Origin: a virus
Direction: 5' to 3' (one strand)
Length of the DNA stretch: 64,000 nt
Virus record (IMG/VR): IMGVR_UViG_3300042560_001826
Location: 32,001-96,000 of that record
This document shows positions 11,242 to 21,865 of this stretch, piece by piece. The stretch's first letter is position 1. The number at the start of each line of letters is the position of its first letter. The notes under the pieces were generated by a model, which saw only the letters and a list, made by a program, of their open reading frames with translations, did no database searches and had not been told where the DNA came from. The translations under genes were made by a program, and so were the position numbers.

Positions 11242-11662
11242 AGTTATCACCAATAAATTTTATATCTATGCCAATCATTTTGTTAAGGTAAAGAGAATCA
11301 ATAAAAGCACAGCAAAGATTACACTTGTCAATCTTCTTGACAACTCAATCATTGATATTCCATCAGAATCTTCAGATTTGTTGCTTAGAAGGATCTATAC
11401 CGTAGGAGAAGTTGCTAAGATAGTTGGCAGACAACCAAATACGCTTCGTAAATACGAGCGAAAAAATCTTATTACCTCACCAAAAAAATTTGGTGAAGCA
11501 TATAAGGGCTATAAAAACTGGAGATATTATCAGGAATCTGATGTCTATGATATTGTTGAGTTTTTTAACAATAGAGTGCAAGGCAGACCTGTTAATAAAT
11601 CGCGTGGCTTTGTAGCAACAACTATAAAAACATTAAACCAAAAAGTCAAACTACACAAATAG
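11225..11662 (+). CDS. MerR-type HTH DNA-binding protein
   Basis: YTVGEVAKIVGRQPNTLRKYERKNLI...WRYY. Confidence 0.8.
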   Translation: MLFQNKVITNKFYIYANHFVKVKRINKSTAKITLVNLLDNSIIDIPSESSDLLLRRIYTVGEVAKIVGRQPNTLRKYERKNLITSPKKFGEAYKGYKNWRYYQESDVYDIVEFFNNRVQGRPVNKSRGFVATTIKTLNQKVKLHK

Positions 11663-11670
11663 GAGACAAC

Positions 11671-11877
11671 ATGAAAGAAAATAACGGCACAGAAATCTGG
11701 GCATCAATTGGCATTACCAAGAATCTTGGTAACTATGAATCTCTCCGCCTTGATGCCGGTGCAAGAACATCAGCAAAATCTCTTGATGATGCAGAAGCTT
11801 GGTCAAAGCTCTGGGAGTCTATTGATTCTCAGATTGAAGCTAAACTGCAAGAACTTGATAATGAAAAACAGTCATAA
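11671..11877 (+). CDS. Hypothetical phage protein
   Basis: AGGAGA RBS; GITKNLGNYESLRLDAG motif. Confidence 0.6.
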   Translation: MKENNGTEIWASIGITKNLGNYESLRLDAGARTSAKSLDDAEAWSKLWESIDSQIEAKLQELDNEKQS

Positions 11878-12166
11878 TCAAATATGGCAAAGATCTGCTG
11901 TTTGTCTCAGAGATAAAAATTCTTCGTATTGGTTATCATACAACATTGAGCATATAAAATATGCAAAAGAGGGTTGCAAGTCGTGTAGTGTAAAAACGGC
12001 ATGTCTTGCGAACGCTCTTAGTCAAGAGTTTTTTATTGGAGTAAACGCTGGCATCTCGGAATGGGATTATTTAAATAAAACATGGAAAGAGGTGAAAAGT
12101 GTCAGAAAAACCAACTGGTCAAGAAGTGATGCAACACTTCGTAAGCTGTTGCAAGAAGCGAAGTAA
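11861..12166 (+). CDS. whiB: WhiB-family transcription factor (copy 1)
   Basis: WQRSAVC...AKEGCKSCSVKTACL...GVNAG: four Cys plus a degenerate GVWGG turn; start moved to ATG 11861. Confidence 0.75.
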   Translation: MKNSHNQIWQRSAVCLRDKNSSYWLSYNIEHIKYAKEGCKSCSVKTACLANALSQEFFIGVNAGISEWDYLNKTWKEVKSVRKTNWSRSDATLRKLLQEAK

Positions 12167-12410
12167 GTTATTCGTTCCAGATAGTCCTCGTCAAGAGCAG
12201 GTGTGTGATGCACTTGCTGGCTTCTATAATAGAGAAATATTGTTTGATGCAATTGATGAGTTTACAAAGGTAAATCCGGGACCGTTTATTATCTTTGATT
12301 TTGCAGTTCAATCAAAAAAATATATTGACCATGTTACATTAGAAAAGAAATCTAGGAATAACTTCCTTAATATCGTACAAGAAACCAAAAAGAGAATGGA
12401 GCAGGAGTGA
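12099..12410 (+). CDS. Hypothetical protein upstream of the helicase
   Basis: GAGG RBS, GTG start, coupled to dnaB. Confidence 0.6.
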   Translation: MSEKPTGQEVMQHFVSCCKKRSKLFVPDSPRQEQVCDALAGFYNREILFDAIDEFTKVNPGPFIIFDFAVQSKKYIDHVTLEKKSRNNFLNIVQETKKRMEQE

Positions 12411-13624
12411 ACTACGAAGTTAGGTTACTTAATGCAATTGTTGATAGCGGAAACTACATTGAGGCGATAAGTGAAGGCGCTGAAAATGTATTTCTAGAAT
12501 ACAGAGACATTTGGAGCTTTGTTGTAAAGCATCATGATGAGCATGGTAAAACCCCGTCAAAAGATACTATAAAGCACCACTTCCCAGAATTTGATTTTGT
12601 TTCAACTCCGGAGCCTTTAAAGTACTATCTTGATGAAGCAAAGCGTGAATCTCTTGCATATCAAACAAGAGTAATTGTTTCTAAGTCCAATAACATTTTA
12701 AATGAACTTGGTGCAAAAGATGCGCTGTCTTTCTTGATGGAGCAAACATCAAAGCTCTATAAGTTCTCTAGCAGTCTTAAAGATAGCGATTTGGCTGGTG
12801 AGTGGCAAGATCGTGTAAAAGACTTGCGTGAGCGTTCTGAACGCGATCAAAGTGATTTTATTGGCATCCCAAGTGGTATCAGTGTAATTGATAAAACATT
12901 TGGAGGTTGGCAACCGGGTGACTTTATCGTGTTGCTTGGATGGACAGGGGTTGGTAAATCATTTATTGCAAGATTATTTGCAGTGAATGCATGGAGGGCC
13001 GGATATAGACCTTTGATTATCTCTCTTGAGATGAATAAACAACAAGAAGGTCAACGACTTGATACATTGCTAACTAATGGAGATACCTCATTTAACAATA
13101 CCGACTTGGTTCGTGCAAATCCAGCAATTGTTGAAGCCTACGAAGAATGGGCTCAAAAAACATTTGAGGGCAAGCACCCAATTCATCTTGTTACATCAGA
13201 GGGGCTTGAGGCAGCAGATCAAATGATGGTGCAAGCCAAGATTGATCAATATCATCCTGATATTGTTATTCTTGACTATCATGGTTTGTTTGATGATGCA
13301 TCAGGTGCCAAGACGGAAACTGAGAAAGCAAAGAATCTTTCTAAGGCATTTAAACGATTGGCTGTAAAAAATGCAGTGCCAATCATTGATGTTGCTGCAG
13401 TAACAATGTCTGAAGGTCACTCAGAAAGACCGCCAGAGCTTGAAGAGGTCGCTTGGAGTAAACAGTTGGCTTATGATGCTGACTTGGTGTTGGCTATCCA
13501 TAGAGAGCCATCATCTGATTTATTTCAAGTGGTATCAAGAAAAGTAAGAAGAGCAACGCATTTTGCATTCTATCTTAGATGGAATCTAGAGACCGGTAAA
13601 TGGTCAGAGGAGTGGGATTTCTAA
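12407..13624 (+). CDS. dnaB: DnaB-like replicative helicase
   Basis: Walker A GWTGVGKS, SLEM, ILDY, AYDADLVL. Confidence 0.9.
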   Translation: MNYEVRLLNAIVDSGNYIEAISEGAENVFLEYRDIWSFVVKHHDEHGKTPSKDTIKHHFPEFDFVSTPEPLKYYLDEAKRESLAYQTRVIVSKSNNILNELGAKDALSFLMEQTSKLYKFSSSLKDSDLAGEWQDRVKDLRERSERDQSDFIGIPSGISVIDKTFGGWQPGDFIVLLGWTGVGKSFIARLFAVNAWRAGYRPLIISLEMNKQQEGQRLDTLLTNGDTSFNNTDLVRANPAIVEAYEEWAQKTFEGKHPIHLVTSEGLEAADQMMVQAKIDQYHPDIVILDYHGLFDDASGAKTETEKAKNLSKAFKRLAVKNAVPIIDVAAVTMSEGHSERPPELEEVAWSKQLAYDADLVLAIHREPSSDLFQVVSRKVRRATHFAFYLRWNLETGKWSEEWDF

Positions 13625-13809
13625 TGGATAATATCGTTACAGGAGTAGCAGTTGATATTGAAACAATAGCAAGGTTAAGACCTTGGCTAGAAGATGAAGC
13701 AAAAAGAAAAAACGGATTCAAAGGGCCGACAAAACTATTTACAGATTATGATAAAGACAAGAACCTATTCAAATTTAAAATCGTATTCGCAGATGAATCT
13801 AAGGGATGA
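13624..13809 (+). CDS. Hypothetical protein
   Basis: TAATG coupling to the helicase stop. Confidence 0.55.
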   Translation: MDNIVTGVAVDIETIARLRPWLEDEAKRKNGFKGPTKLFTDYDKDKNLFKFKIVFADESKG

Positions 13810-14689
13810 TATTGAGAGCTTTCTTGAGGAATATCATTTAGATATTCATTCCTCAAGCGGTTCTGAATATGTGATCTTTTGTCCATTCCATAAGAATGTA
13901 AATACGCCATCATTCTATATCAATTCAGGCACAGGATTGTGGCAATGCTTTAATCCATCGTGTGGTAAAAAAGGCAACTTTAGACAGCTGTATCGCCATG
14001 TTACAGGTCGCTCTTTTGAATCTAAAGTCAAGCTTGATCCAGTAGAATTACAGAGTGTTATTGATGCCGGATTTATTGTTCAAAAGGAAAAAGATATTGA
14101 TATCTCTGCAATAGGGGTTGACTATAATAGTTTAGATGGCATTAAGAAAGTTCAACAGTTTATTGATAGAGGACTTAGCCCTAAGACCCTTCAGTATTTT
14201 GAGATTGGCTTTTCTGAAATCAAAAATAGAATTGTAATTCCTGTAAGAAATCATCAGTATAAGATTGTTGGCCTTATTGGTCGGGCTATATCTAAAGAGC
14301 AGGAGCCTCGCTATCTCTATAACAAAGGTTTTAAAAGAGCAGATGTATTGTTTAATATTCAAAATGCAAAACATTACACAGATGTAATTGTTGTTGAAGG
14401 CAGTGTTGATGCAATGAAGGTTTATGAGGCTGGATTCCCAAATGTTGTTGCTACACTTGGTGCTCAAGTTTCAAACTATCAAGGCTCTCTGCTACGAAAA
14501 TATTTTGACAGCATCACTATTTTTTCTGACGCAGATGACGCTGGCAACGCTATGCGAGATGCTATAATGGGTTTGTGCAGGGGGAAAAAAATCTACTCTG
14601 CACAAATATCAGCAGGATGTAAAGATCCTGGTGATATGAATATAACAGAAATAACAAACAGTATAAACAGCAAAAATAACATCATATAG
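13793..14689 (+). CDS. dnaG: DNA primase (CHC2 zinc finger plus TOPRIM)
   Basis: CPFH...WQCF..C; VEGSVD; DADDAG; KDPGD. Confidence 0.9.
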   Translation: MNLRDDIESFLEEYHLDIHSSSGSEYVIFCPFHKNVNTPSFYINSGTGLWQCFNPSCGKKGNFRQLYRHVTGRSFESKVKLDPVELQSVIDAGFIVQKEKDIDISAIGVDYNSLDGIKKVQQFIDRGLSPKTLQYFEIGFSEIKNRIVIPVRNHQYKIVGLIGRAISKEQEPRYLYNKGFKRADVLFNIQNAKHYTDVIVVEGSVDAMKVYEAGFPNVVATLGAQVSNYQGSLLRKYFDSITIFSDADDAGNAMRDAIMGLCRGKKIYSAQISAGCKDPGDMNITEITNSINSKNNII

Positions 14690-14697
14690 GAGAAAAC

Positions 14698-15342
14698 ATG
14701 ACATTCACATCAGTTAAAACACTAAAAGACTTGGAGAAGCAAGTCGCCCCTACACAGGGTAAAAGCGGAGCGAAGAAGTTCTTTTCTCTGCAATCAGGAG
14801 ATTCCTTCAAGATTAGATTCTTGCAGGAGCTTACTGAAGATAGCACAAACTACAACGATAAGGCTGGAACTGGAATTACGGTCCCGGTTATTGTTTCGCC
14901 AGTAAACTGGAAATGGAAGGTTGCTTCCACATCCTCTCTGGAGAAGTTCAATTATCGTTGCTGGGGTAGCGAGCAAGCTGTCCATGATAAAGCTTGGAGA
15001 GCAAAGCCGCACTTGCTTATCAATGTTGCCGTTGAGGTTGAGCCAAACAAATGGGAAGCCAGAGTTTTGGATACGACATTCAATCAGCGCCACATTGGTT
15101 TGACTCTTTTGGAATACGCAAAGGAGTTCGGAACAATCACCGACCGTTACTATAAGTATTCCAGAACAGGTTCTGGTGCTTCAGACACTAATTACAGTCT
15201 TATTCCGCTGGCAGTTGGTGAACCTAACGATCAAATCAAGGAATTGACCTTGCATGATCTTGGCAATGTTTATATGACACTGCCTTACGAAAAGCAACAG
15301 GTGTACCTGACAACTGGTGAATTGGCTAAGGATAGCTGGTAA
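14698..15342 (+). CDS. Probable single-stranded DNA-binding protein
   Basis: After the primase; KIRFL...YSRTGSGASDTNYSL pattern of gp32-like SSBs. Confidence 0.6.
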   Translation: MTFTSVKTLKDLEKQVAPTQGKSGAKKFFSLQSGDSFKIRFLQELTEDSTNYNDKAGTGITVPVIVSPVNWKWKVASTSSLEKFNYRCWGSEQAVHDKAWRAKPHLLINVAVEVEPNKWEARVLDTTFNQRHIGLTLLEYAKEFGTITDRYYKYSRTGSGASDTNYSLIPLAVGEPNDQIKELTLHDLGNVYMTLPYEKQQVYLTTGELAKDSW

Positions 15343-15349
15343 TAGAGCA

Positions 15350-15423
15350 GGGGGCATAGCTCAATTGGCTAGAGCATCTGCTTTGCAAGCAGAAGGTTAA
15401 GGGTTCAATTCCCTTTGCCTCCA
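15350..15423 (+). tRNA. tRNA-Ala(UGC)
   Basis: Acceptor GGGGGCA/TGCCTCC with G3:U70; anticodon arm TCTGC-TT-TGC-AA-GCAGA; T loop TTCAATT. Confidence 0.95.
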
Positions 15424-15436
15424 CGAAAGGAATAAA

Positions 15437-15979
15437 ATGCAACTTGTAAATAAGGCGATTGCGCTTGATCTTGATGGCGTGATTGCTGATATCGCTACGA
15501 CCATGCTATCTGTTATGGATAGCCGTGGTATGCCAGCAGAGGAAATAGATCTTGAATCTTGGCTCATCTCAGATACAAAAGATGAAGAGATTCTCAAGAT
15601 ATTTAATGAACCACTATTTTGGAAAAATATGAAGCCGTACCAAGATGCATGGCATCAAGTTAATTATTGGTTTGCACTTGGTTACGATATTCATATTGTT
15701 ACAGCAAGAAGGCAACCTAATGCCGTATTGCAAACAGAGCCTTGGCTAAACGATTGGAATATAAACACGAGAGCACCGATTTTTTCCAAAATGGGTGATA
15801 AGATTTCTCATATTAAAAAAATAGATCCGCTTTTCGTGGTGGAAGATAACCCCAAGGAAATTAGAATTTTACAAGAAGCGGGGGTGAAATGTTATTTAAG
15901 AGCGCAAAGCTATAACCAGAAATACTGGAATGAATTTGACACTATTGAATCACTATACGACATTGATTTGGAGAAATAA
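15437..15979 (+). CDS. HAD-family 5'(3')-deoxyribonucleotidase-like protein
   Basis: ALDLDGVIAD, IVTAR, VEDN. Confidence 0.8.
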   Translation: MQLVNKAIALDLDGVIADIATTMLSVMDSRGMPAEEIDLESWLISDTKDEEILKIFNEPLFWKNMKPYQDAWHQVNYWFALGYDIHIVTARRQPNAVLQTEPWLNDWNINTRAPIFSKMGDKISHIKKIDPLFVVEDNPKEIRILQEAGVKCYLRAQSYNQKYWNEFDTIESLYDIDLEK

Positions 15980-18900
15980 TGAGCAACTTTGTTCACCTGC
16001 ATTGCCATTCTGAATACTCACTGCTTGATGGGATGTCAACGCCAGAAGAGATTGCTAAAATTACAAGCATTAATGGTCAATATGCTGCCGCAATTACAGA
16101 CCATGGTTCAATGGCTGGCGTACTTCGTTTTCAAGAGGCATGTGTTTCTAATAATGTAAAACCTCTCTTTGGTGTTGAAGCATATTTTGTTCCTTCAATT
16201 AGTCGTGATGATGATGGCAAACATGAAAGACATCACCTAATTTTGCTTGCTAAGACAAATACCGGTCTTGAAAAACTTTTTAAGATGTCTAAGATTGGTT
16301 GGACAGACAATTTTTATTATAAGCCAAGAATTGATTTTGCTCTCTTGGAAGATTTGGTTGATGATGACATTATTGCATTATCTGGGTGCATGGCTAGTTC
16401 CATATGTAGAGCTATTGAGGCAGATAACTTCTCTAGGGCAGAAGAATTGTCGGAACGGTTCATAAAGATTTTTAAAGATGACTTCTACTATGAAGTCCAA
16501 GCTTGGAACAGTAAGAAGATTAACGATGGCATCATGCAATTGGCAAGCACCTATAATAAAAAACTGGTTGCAACTGCTGACTGCCACTTCCCCAGCGCAC
16601 ACGATAAAGGTTGTGAAGAAGTCCTGCTGTGCGTATCCCAATATCCTGGGTTCTCTCCAGCGGTATTAAGACATGCTGAGCAAGAGGCTGCAAAGTTTGA
16701 TAAAGCCGAAACGGATATCGTAAAGAAGATTAATAAGATGTACCCAGATCGCCAATTACGATTTGATGAGATTAATCCTTATGTTGCCAAAGCAGAAGAG
16801 ATTGCAGGATGGTTTAAGGATGCCGGGTATGACCGTTCAGATATCTTAGACAATACTCTTGAGGTGGCCGAGAAATGTACTGCAAGCGTACAAAAGCGTC
16901 GTAACCTTTTGCCAAAGTATATGAAGTCGTTGAACTCTGATGACTATCTCAAGGAGATGGCTGAATTCCGACTCAAGGAGCTGGGTCTGGGGGATGAGTA
17001 TAAGACTCGACTCTATGAAGAACTGGGGATTATCAAACAGCTTGGCTTTGCTGATTACTTCTTGATCGTCTGGGACTTGGTGAAATGGGCAGACAATAAC
17101 GGTATCGGTAGGGGTACAGGCAGAGGTTCGGTTGGCGGTAGTGTGCTGGCGTATTTGCTGGAGATTACCAAGGTTGATCCTGTGAAATACAATCTGCTGT
17201 TTGCACGATTTATCAATGCAGAGCGCAACGACTATCCCGATATTGACTTGGACTTTGAAGATAAGAGGCGAACAGAGGTGCGGTCTTATCTTGTTGAGCG
17301 CTGGGGTAAAGATAATGTTGCGGCAATCACCACCTACGGCACATATAAGCCCAAGAGTGCGGTCAAAGATGTCGCTCGCGTTCTACAAGTTCCGTACAAG
17401 GAAACCAATAACATCACGCCGTATTTTGAGACCATTGAAGAATTGCAGACCACGCAAAAGGGCAAATTGTTTTGTTCAAAGTATCCCGATGTGCCAAAGT
17501 TTGCCAAACGGCTGGAAGGGCGTATCCGTAACGCAGGCGTACACGCTGCCGGTATGGTCGTATCGTCAATTCCACTTACACAAGTCTGCCCAATTGAGAC
17601 ACGCAAGGATACCGATGGTGAGGGCAGGGCGGTTGTCACAGCTTTTGACATGACCGATGCAGAAGCAGTCGGGCTTATTAAAATAGATATCTTGGGTCTT
17701 CGCACCGTATCTGTCATTAAAGACGCTCTAGCGATGATTAGGAAGCGCTATGGCACTGATGTAGAAGCACTTTCGTTGGGGTTAGATGATCCCGAAGTAT
17801 ACCGAAACTTTAATGATGGCAATACCGTTGGCGTATTCCAGACCGATGCTGCTGCCTATCGTAATCTTATTGAGCGTATGGGTATTGACAACTTCAACGA
17901 CCTTGTAGTGTCAAACGCTCTAGTTAGACCCGGCGCTTTGCTCTCACAGGGTGAGCGCTATATTAACTGCAAGAGGGGAGTCGATCCTGCCTATTATCCA
18001 GATGAGTCAGTTAGGGCAATTCTGGAAGAGACATACGGTACGGTTATTTTCCAAGAGCAGTTGATGCAAATGTGTGTGAAGCTGTCTGGTTTTTCATGGT
18101 CGGATGCTGATAAATTGCGTAAGATTATCGGTAAGAAGCGTGATGCCGCTGAGTTTGAGCAATACAAGGATAAGTTTATTAACAACTCAATCTTGCCTAA
18201 ATCAGAGGCAAAGCAGATGTGGTCAGAGTTTGAGCTTTCTGCTTTGTATATGTTCAATAAATCTCACGCTGTTGCTTATTCAATGTTGTCTTATCAAACG
18301 ATGTGGCTAAAGGTCAACTATCCGTCTGAATATCTTTGGGCTTTATTGTTCAATGAAGATGTCGGTGAAAAGATCACTGCCTATCTCATGGAAGCACAGC
18401 GTTTGAATATCCCAATTTTGCCACCGGATGTTAATCTATCTGATGAATTCTTCTCAATTGATTACACAGGAGAAAAGCCAGCCATTCGTTTTGGTCTATC
18501 CAATGTGTTGTCATGCGGTCGGGCAGCAATTGCAGAAATCCTTGCTAAGCGACCATTTAATTGTTATGAGGAGTTTGATGCAAAATGCTCAAAGAGTGCG
18601 GTTAAAAAGCCGTTGAGGGAAAACTTTGACAAGGTTGGGGCTTTCGCTTCCCTTGGATATGTCTCTCAGTTTGACCATAAACGATATTATTTGCCGATAC
18701 TTGGTTTCTCAATTGAAGACACTGAGAAGAATGAGATTGACAATGTTGTTGATAAACTAGTTGACTTCCATGAGACAAACTCGCCACTGATGCTAGTGAA
18801 GGCAATTGTTAGATCGACTAAAAAGACACCGCAATATCTCCGTGTTGAGTTGGAAGATTTGTCCGGCTCGGCAACAATATTTGCTGAACGCAATACTGAG

Positions 18901-19401
18901 CTCTCAACAAGAGATCATATCTATGCATTAATTGGGGATAGAACATTGCATCACTTCTGCGATGCATACAATTATATTGATACACCACTGTATGAATTTA
19001 TTAAACTTAAAATGCAAGGTATTAATCATAAATATGCATGGCTGTATAATCATGGTCTCGGAGATGTAGACAACGATAAAACTTTGCTCTATATCTTTAA
19101 TCTCAGACTGTTCAAAACAGCACGAGGTTTTGACATGGGCAATATTTATTGCTGGGACGGTAAGAGAATGTTCAAGATTGTAGTGTTTGCATCAGTGCTC
19201 AAGAAGGTAAAGGGGATTCTTAAGCAGAACGAATGGTATGCTGCAAAGATTGATAAAATTGATGAGAAAAACCCACTTGTGCAGATAGATTCGTATAAAC
19301 TATCATCAGGTGATGCATTGATCACGGTAAAAGATTTTATTAAAAGAAAAAACTTGCAGGAGCTACAAAATGAAGTTAACTATATACATTCCGACATATA
19401 G
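15979..19401 (+). CDS. dnaE: DNA polymerase III alpha subunit
   Basis: PHP HLHCHSEYSLLDG; GRGSVGGS; PDIDLDF; KIDILGL; FNKSHAVAY. Confidence 0.95.
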   Translation: MSNFVHLHCHSEYSLLDGMSTPEEIAKITSINGQYAAAITDHGSMAGVLRFQEACVSNNVKPLFGVEAYFVPSISRDDDGKHERHHLILLAKTNTGLEKLFKMSKIGWTDNFYYKPRIDFALLEDLVDDDIIALSGCMASSICRAIEADNFSRAEELSERFIKIFKDDFYYEVQAWNSKKINDGIMQLASTYNKKLVATADCHFPSAHDKGCEEVLLCVSQYPGFSPAVLRHAEQEAAKFDKAETDIVKKINKMYPDRQLRFDEINPYVAKAEEIAGWFKDAGYDRSDILDNTLEVAEKCTASVQKRRNLLPKYMKSLNSDDYLKEMAEFRLKELGLGDEYKTRLYEELGIIKQLGFADYFLIVWDLVKWADNNGIGRGTGRGSVGGSVLAYLLEITKVDPVKYNLLFARFINAERNDYPDIDLDFEDKRRTEVRSYLVERWGKDNVAAITTYGTYKPKSAVKDVARVLQVPYKETNNITPYFETIEELQTTQKGKLFCSKYPDVPKFAKRLEGRIRNAGVHAAGMVVSSIPLTQVCPIETRKDTDGEGRAVVTAFDMTDAEAVGLIKIDILGLRTVSVIKDALAMIRKRYGTDVEALSLGLDDPEVYRNFNDGNTVGVFQTDAAAYRNLIERMGIDNFNDLVVSNALVRPGALLSQGERYINCKRGVDPAYYPDESVRAILEETYGTVIFQEQLMQMCVKLSGFSWSDADKLRKIIGKKRDAAEFEQYKDKFINNSILPKSEAKQMWSEFELSALYMFNKSHAVAYSMLSYQTMWLKVNYPSEYLWALLFNEDVGEKITAYLMEAQRLNIPILPPDVNLSDEFFSIDYTGEKPAIRFGLSNVLSCGRAAIAEILAKRPFNCYEEFDAKCSKSAVKKPLRENFDKVGAFASLGYVSQFDHKRYYLPILGFSIEDTEKNEIDNVVDKLVDFHETNSPLMLVKAIVRSTKKTPQYLRVELEDLSGSATIFAERNTELSTRDHIYALIGDRTLHHFCDAYNYIDTPLYEFIKLKMQGINHKYAWLYNHGLGDVDNDKTLLYIFNLRLFKTARGFDMGNIYCWDGKRMFKIVVFASVLKKVKGILKQNEWYAAKIDKIDEKNPLVQIDSYKLSSGDALITVKDFIKRKNLQELQNEVNYIHSDI

Positions 19402-20092
19402 AAGAGAATCACTTGATGCTTGCTTAAACAGCATTACATCACAATATAATGACCATGTTGAGATTATTGTTTCTGACAATGATCAAGACGGATTTGCAAA
19501 AAATATAGTTTATAAATATAAAAAATATATATCTGAATATTCAATTAGAAAGCAAAATATTGGCTGCGATGGGAATTGTTTATATGGAATCACAGCCGGT
19601 GATGGAGAATATGTATGGGTTATTGGAGATGATGATGTTATCCTACCTGGGGCTTTGGATACTATTTTATCAATGCTTGATGGAACAGATCGTATAATGC
19701 AATTTGCACCATATTCTGGTGAAGTAATACCTGCATTTTCTGGCGCAATGTCTGAGTTAATAACTAAACTTAATGACAAATCATTTTTAATTGCTGCAAC
19801 ATTAGCAAGTATGAATGTGTGGAGAAGGGATGTTATGGACTTTAGAACAGGAGTAAAACACTTGGATTCTAGGAATGTGTTAGCTTGGGCTGGTCTTAAT
19901 TGCAAGACAGTTAGTATTCCAATTTCCCCAACAGTTTTAGTCAATGACACTAATTTGTTTGAATTTAAGGATTTTGATGGGGTTATGTTTGAATATTCAG
20001 ATGCATTAGCTGATGCTAACGGTGTTGAGAGATTTACTTTTTACAACGCTAATAAATGGAATTTTGTTAGCGCCTCGTTGGAGGCAAAATGA
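19370..20092 (+). CDS. Glycosyltransferase family 2
   Basis: LTIYIPTYRR, IIVSDN, NIG, VIGDDD. Confidence 0.85.
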   Translation: MKLTIYIPTYRRESLDACLNSITSQYNDHVEIIVSDNDQDGFAKNIVYKYKKYISEYSIRKQNIGCDGNCLYGITAGDGEYVWVIGDDDVILPGALDTILSMLDGTDRIMQFAPYSGEVIPAFSGAMSELITKLNDKSFLIAATLASMNVWRRDVMDFRTGVKHLDSRNVLAWAGLNCKTVSIPISPTVLVNDTNLFEFKDFDGVMFEYSDALADANGVERFTFYNANKWNFVSASLEAK

Positions 20093-20601
20093 TTGTCTCT
20101 ACAGGTGGCACATTTGATCTATTTCATTCCGGTCATTTCACTGGAGATAAGTTCACTGGAGATAAGATGGTTGTGTATACAGGTGGTACATTTGATTTAT
20201 TTCATTTTGGTCATTCAAGATTGTTGGAGAGATGCAAAAAAGCAGTTGGCGATAATGGCTATTTAGTCGTTTCGGTTAATACAGATGAATTCTGCTCTCA
20301 ATACAAAGAACCTCCAATTTGCAGTCTAGCTGAAAGAATGGAAGTTGTTTCTTCTTGTAAATGGGTGGATAAAGTAATTGTAAATTCGGGCGGTGCTGAT
20401 TCTCGACCTGCTATTATAGAGGCGAAAGCTAATCTTATAATTGTTGGTTCCGACTGGCAAACTAAAGATTATTACAAACAAATGGGATTCACTCAAGAAT
20501 GGCTTGACGAGCATAATATTGGTGTGATGTTTATCCCGTATACAGATGCTATCTCAACAACAATTATTAAATCAAGAATACTAAACAGATCATTACAATA
20601 A
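20089..20601 (+). CDS. Cytidylyltransferase (TagD/RfaE-like); alternative start 20167
   Basis: GTFDLFHFGH (HxGH), VGSDW, ISTT; N-terminal motif is duplicated. Confidence 0.85.
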   Translation: MIVSTGGTFDLFHSGHFTGDKFTGDKMVVYTGGTFDLFHFGHSRLLERCKKAVGDNGYLVVSVNTDEFCSQYKEPPICSLAERMEVVSSCKWVDKVIVNSGGADSRPAIIEAKANLIIVGSDWQTKDYYKQMGFTQEWLDEHNIGVMFIPYTDAISTTIIKSRILNRSLQ

Positions 20602-20610
20602 AGGAGAAAT

Positions 20611-21531
20611 ATGTTAATAGTAGATAAAAGAAAAGGAGATCTGATGCCGGTGCATCAGATTATTCCAACACCTAGCATTGGATTAAACCGGGCGCTTGGT
20701 GGGGGATTAAATACAGGAGCAACACATCTATTCTGGGGAACTCCGTCTGTCGGTAAAACGACGATGTGCTTTAGAATTATTGCAGAAGCTCAAAAGATGG
20801 GTTATCGGCCGGTAATCGTTGATTCTGAATCATCTTATAATGACGAGTATGCAAAGAAGTGCGGTATTGACATTGATGATATCGTAGTCATTCAGTCTAC
20901 TGTCGTGGAAGATATTTTGAAGAATATCCATCAATATTTAACTCATGAAGAAGAGAAGCACATCTTCCTCTTTGACAGTATTTCCAACATCATCAAAGAA
21001 GAGTTTTATGACAAGCCGGAGGGTGGCAAGGCAATGGGTTTGCAGTCACGCTCACAGGGCTTCTTCTTGCAAAAACTGGTAAATTATTTGCATAAGGAGA
21101 AAAATATTATGCTCTTTATTGCTCATCAAACAGTCGATCTCAGTGGAATGTTTGCTGTGACGAAGGGCAAGATGGGCAATACTGTCCACCACAATATGCA
21201 TAATATTGTTAAGCTTTTCTTGTCTATGTCAAAGAGTGAGATGGAGAGGGATGAGAGCAATCTCATCACCAGTCAGAAAGCGACATGGACTATTGAGAAG
21301 TCAAAGCAGACTCCTAGTATCGGTACAAATGGATACTACTATGTTCTTCCTCAAGAAGGCAAGATTGATATTAACCGGGAACTTATTGACATTGCAGTTG
21401 AGATGAATGTGATTGAAAGAAAAGGTGCATGGTATACTTATGAAGATAGTAAATGGAATGGTCTTGGTTCAATTGACTTGACTGATAAGCAAAGAAAGGG
21501 AATTGAGAAGGTGATTCTAAATGGAGAATGA
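20611..21531 (+). CDS. recA: RecA/UvsX-like recombinase
   Basis: TPSIGLNRALGGG, GTPSVGKT, DSE, DSIS, KGAWYTY. Confidence 0.85.
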   Translation: MLIVDKRKGDLMPVHQIIPTPSIGLNRALGGGLNTGATHLFWGTPSVGKTTMCFRIIAEAQKMGYRPVIVDSESSYNDEYAKKCGIDIDDIVVIQSTVVEDILKNIHQYLTHEEEKHIFLFDSISNIIKEEFYDKPEGGKAMGLQSRSQGFFLQKLVNYLHKEKNIMLFIAHQTVDLSGMFAVTKGKMGNTVHHNMHNIVKLFLSMSKSEMERDESNLITSQKATWTIEKSKQTPSIGTNGYYYVLPQEGKIDINRELIDIAVEMNVIERKGAWYTYEDSKWNGLGSIDLTDKQRKGIEKVILNGE

Positions 21532-21865
21532 AATGGATTTTTCTAATTATCAATTTAGGGCGTGTAAAACTGCAAAGTATCCTCAGAACCCCACCACTGG
21601 GGTTATTTATACTGCTCTTGGATTGGCTTCAGAAGCTGGAGAAGTTGCTGGCAAAATCAAGAAGATGATCCGTGATGATAATATGGAATTAACATTTGAT
21701 AGAAAGCAGCAGGTGGTAGATGAGATTGGTGATGTCTTATGGTATTGCGCCATGCTCGCTACCGAACTAAACATTTCATTTAATGAAGTTGCAATCAGAA
21801 ATCTTCAGAAACTTGAAGATCGCAATAATAGAAATGCAATTCATGGAGATGGCGATAATCGTTAA
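21521..21865 (+). CDS. MazG-like nucleotide pyrophosphohydrolase
   Basis: LGLASEAGEV...DEIGDVLWY...NLQKL..R. Confidence 0.85.
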   Translation: MENEMDFSNYQFRACKTAKYPQNPTTGVIYTALGLASEAGEVAGKIKKMIRDDNMELTFDRKQQVVDEIGDVLWYCAMLATELNISFNEVAIRNLQKLEDRNNRNAIHGDGDNR

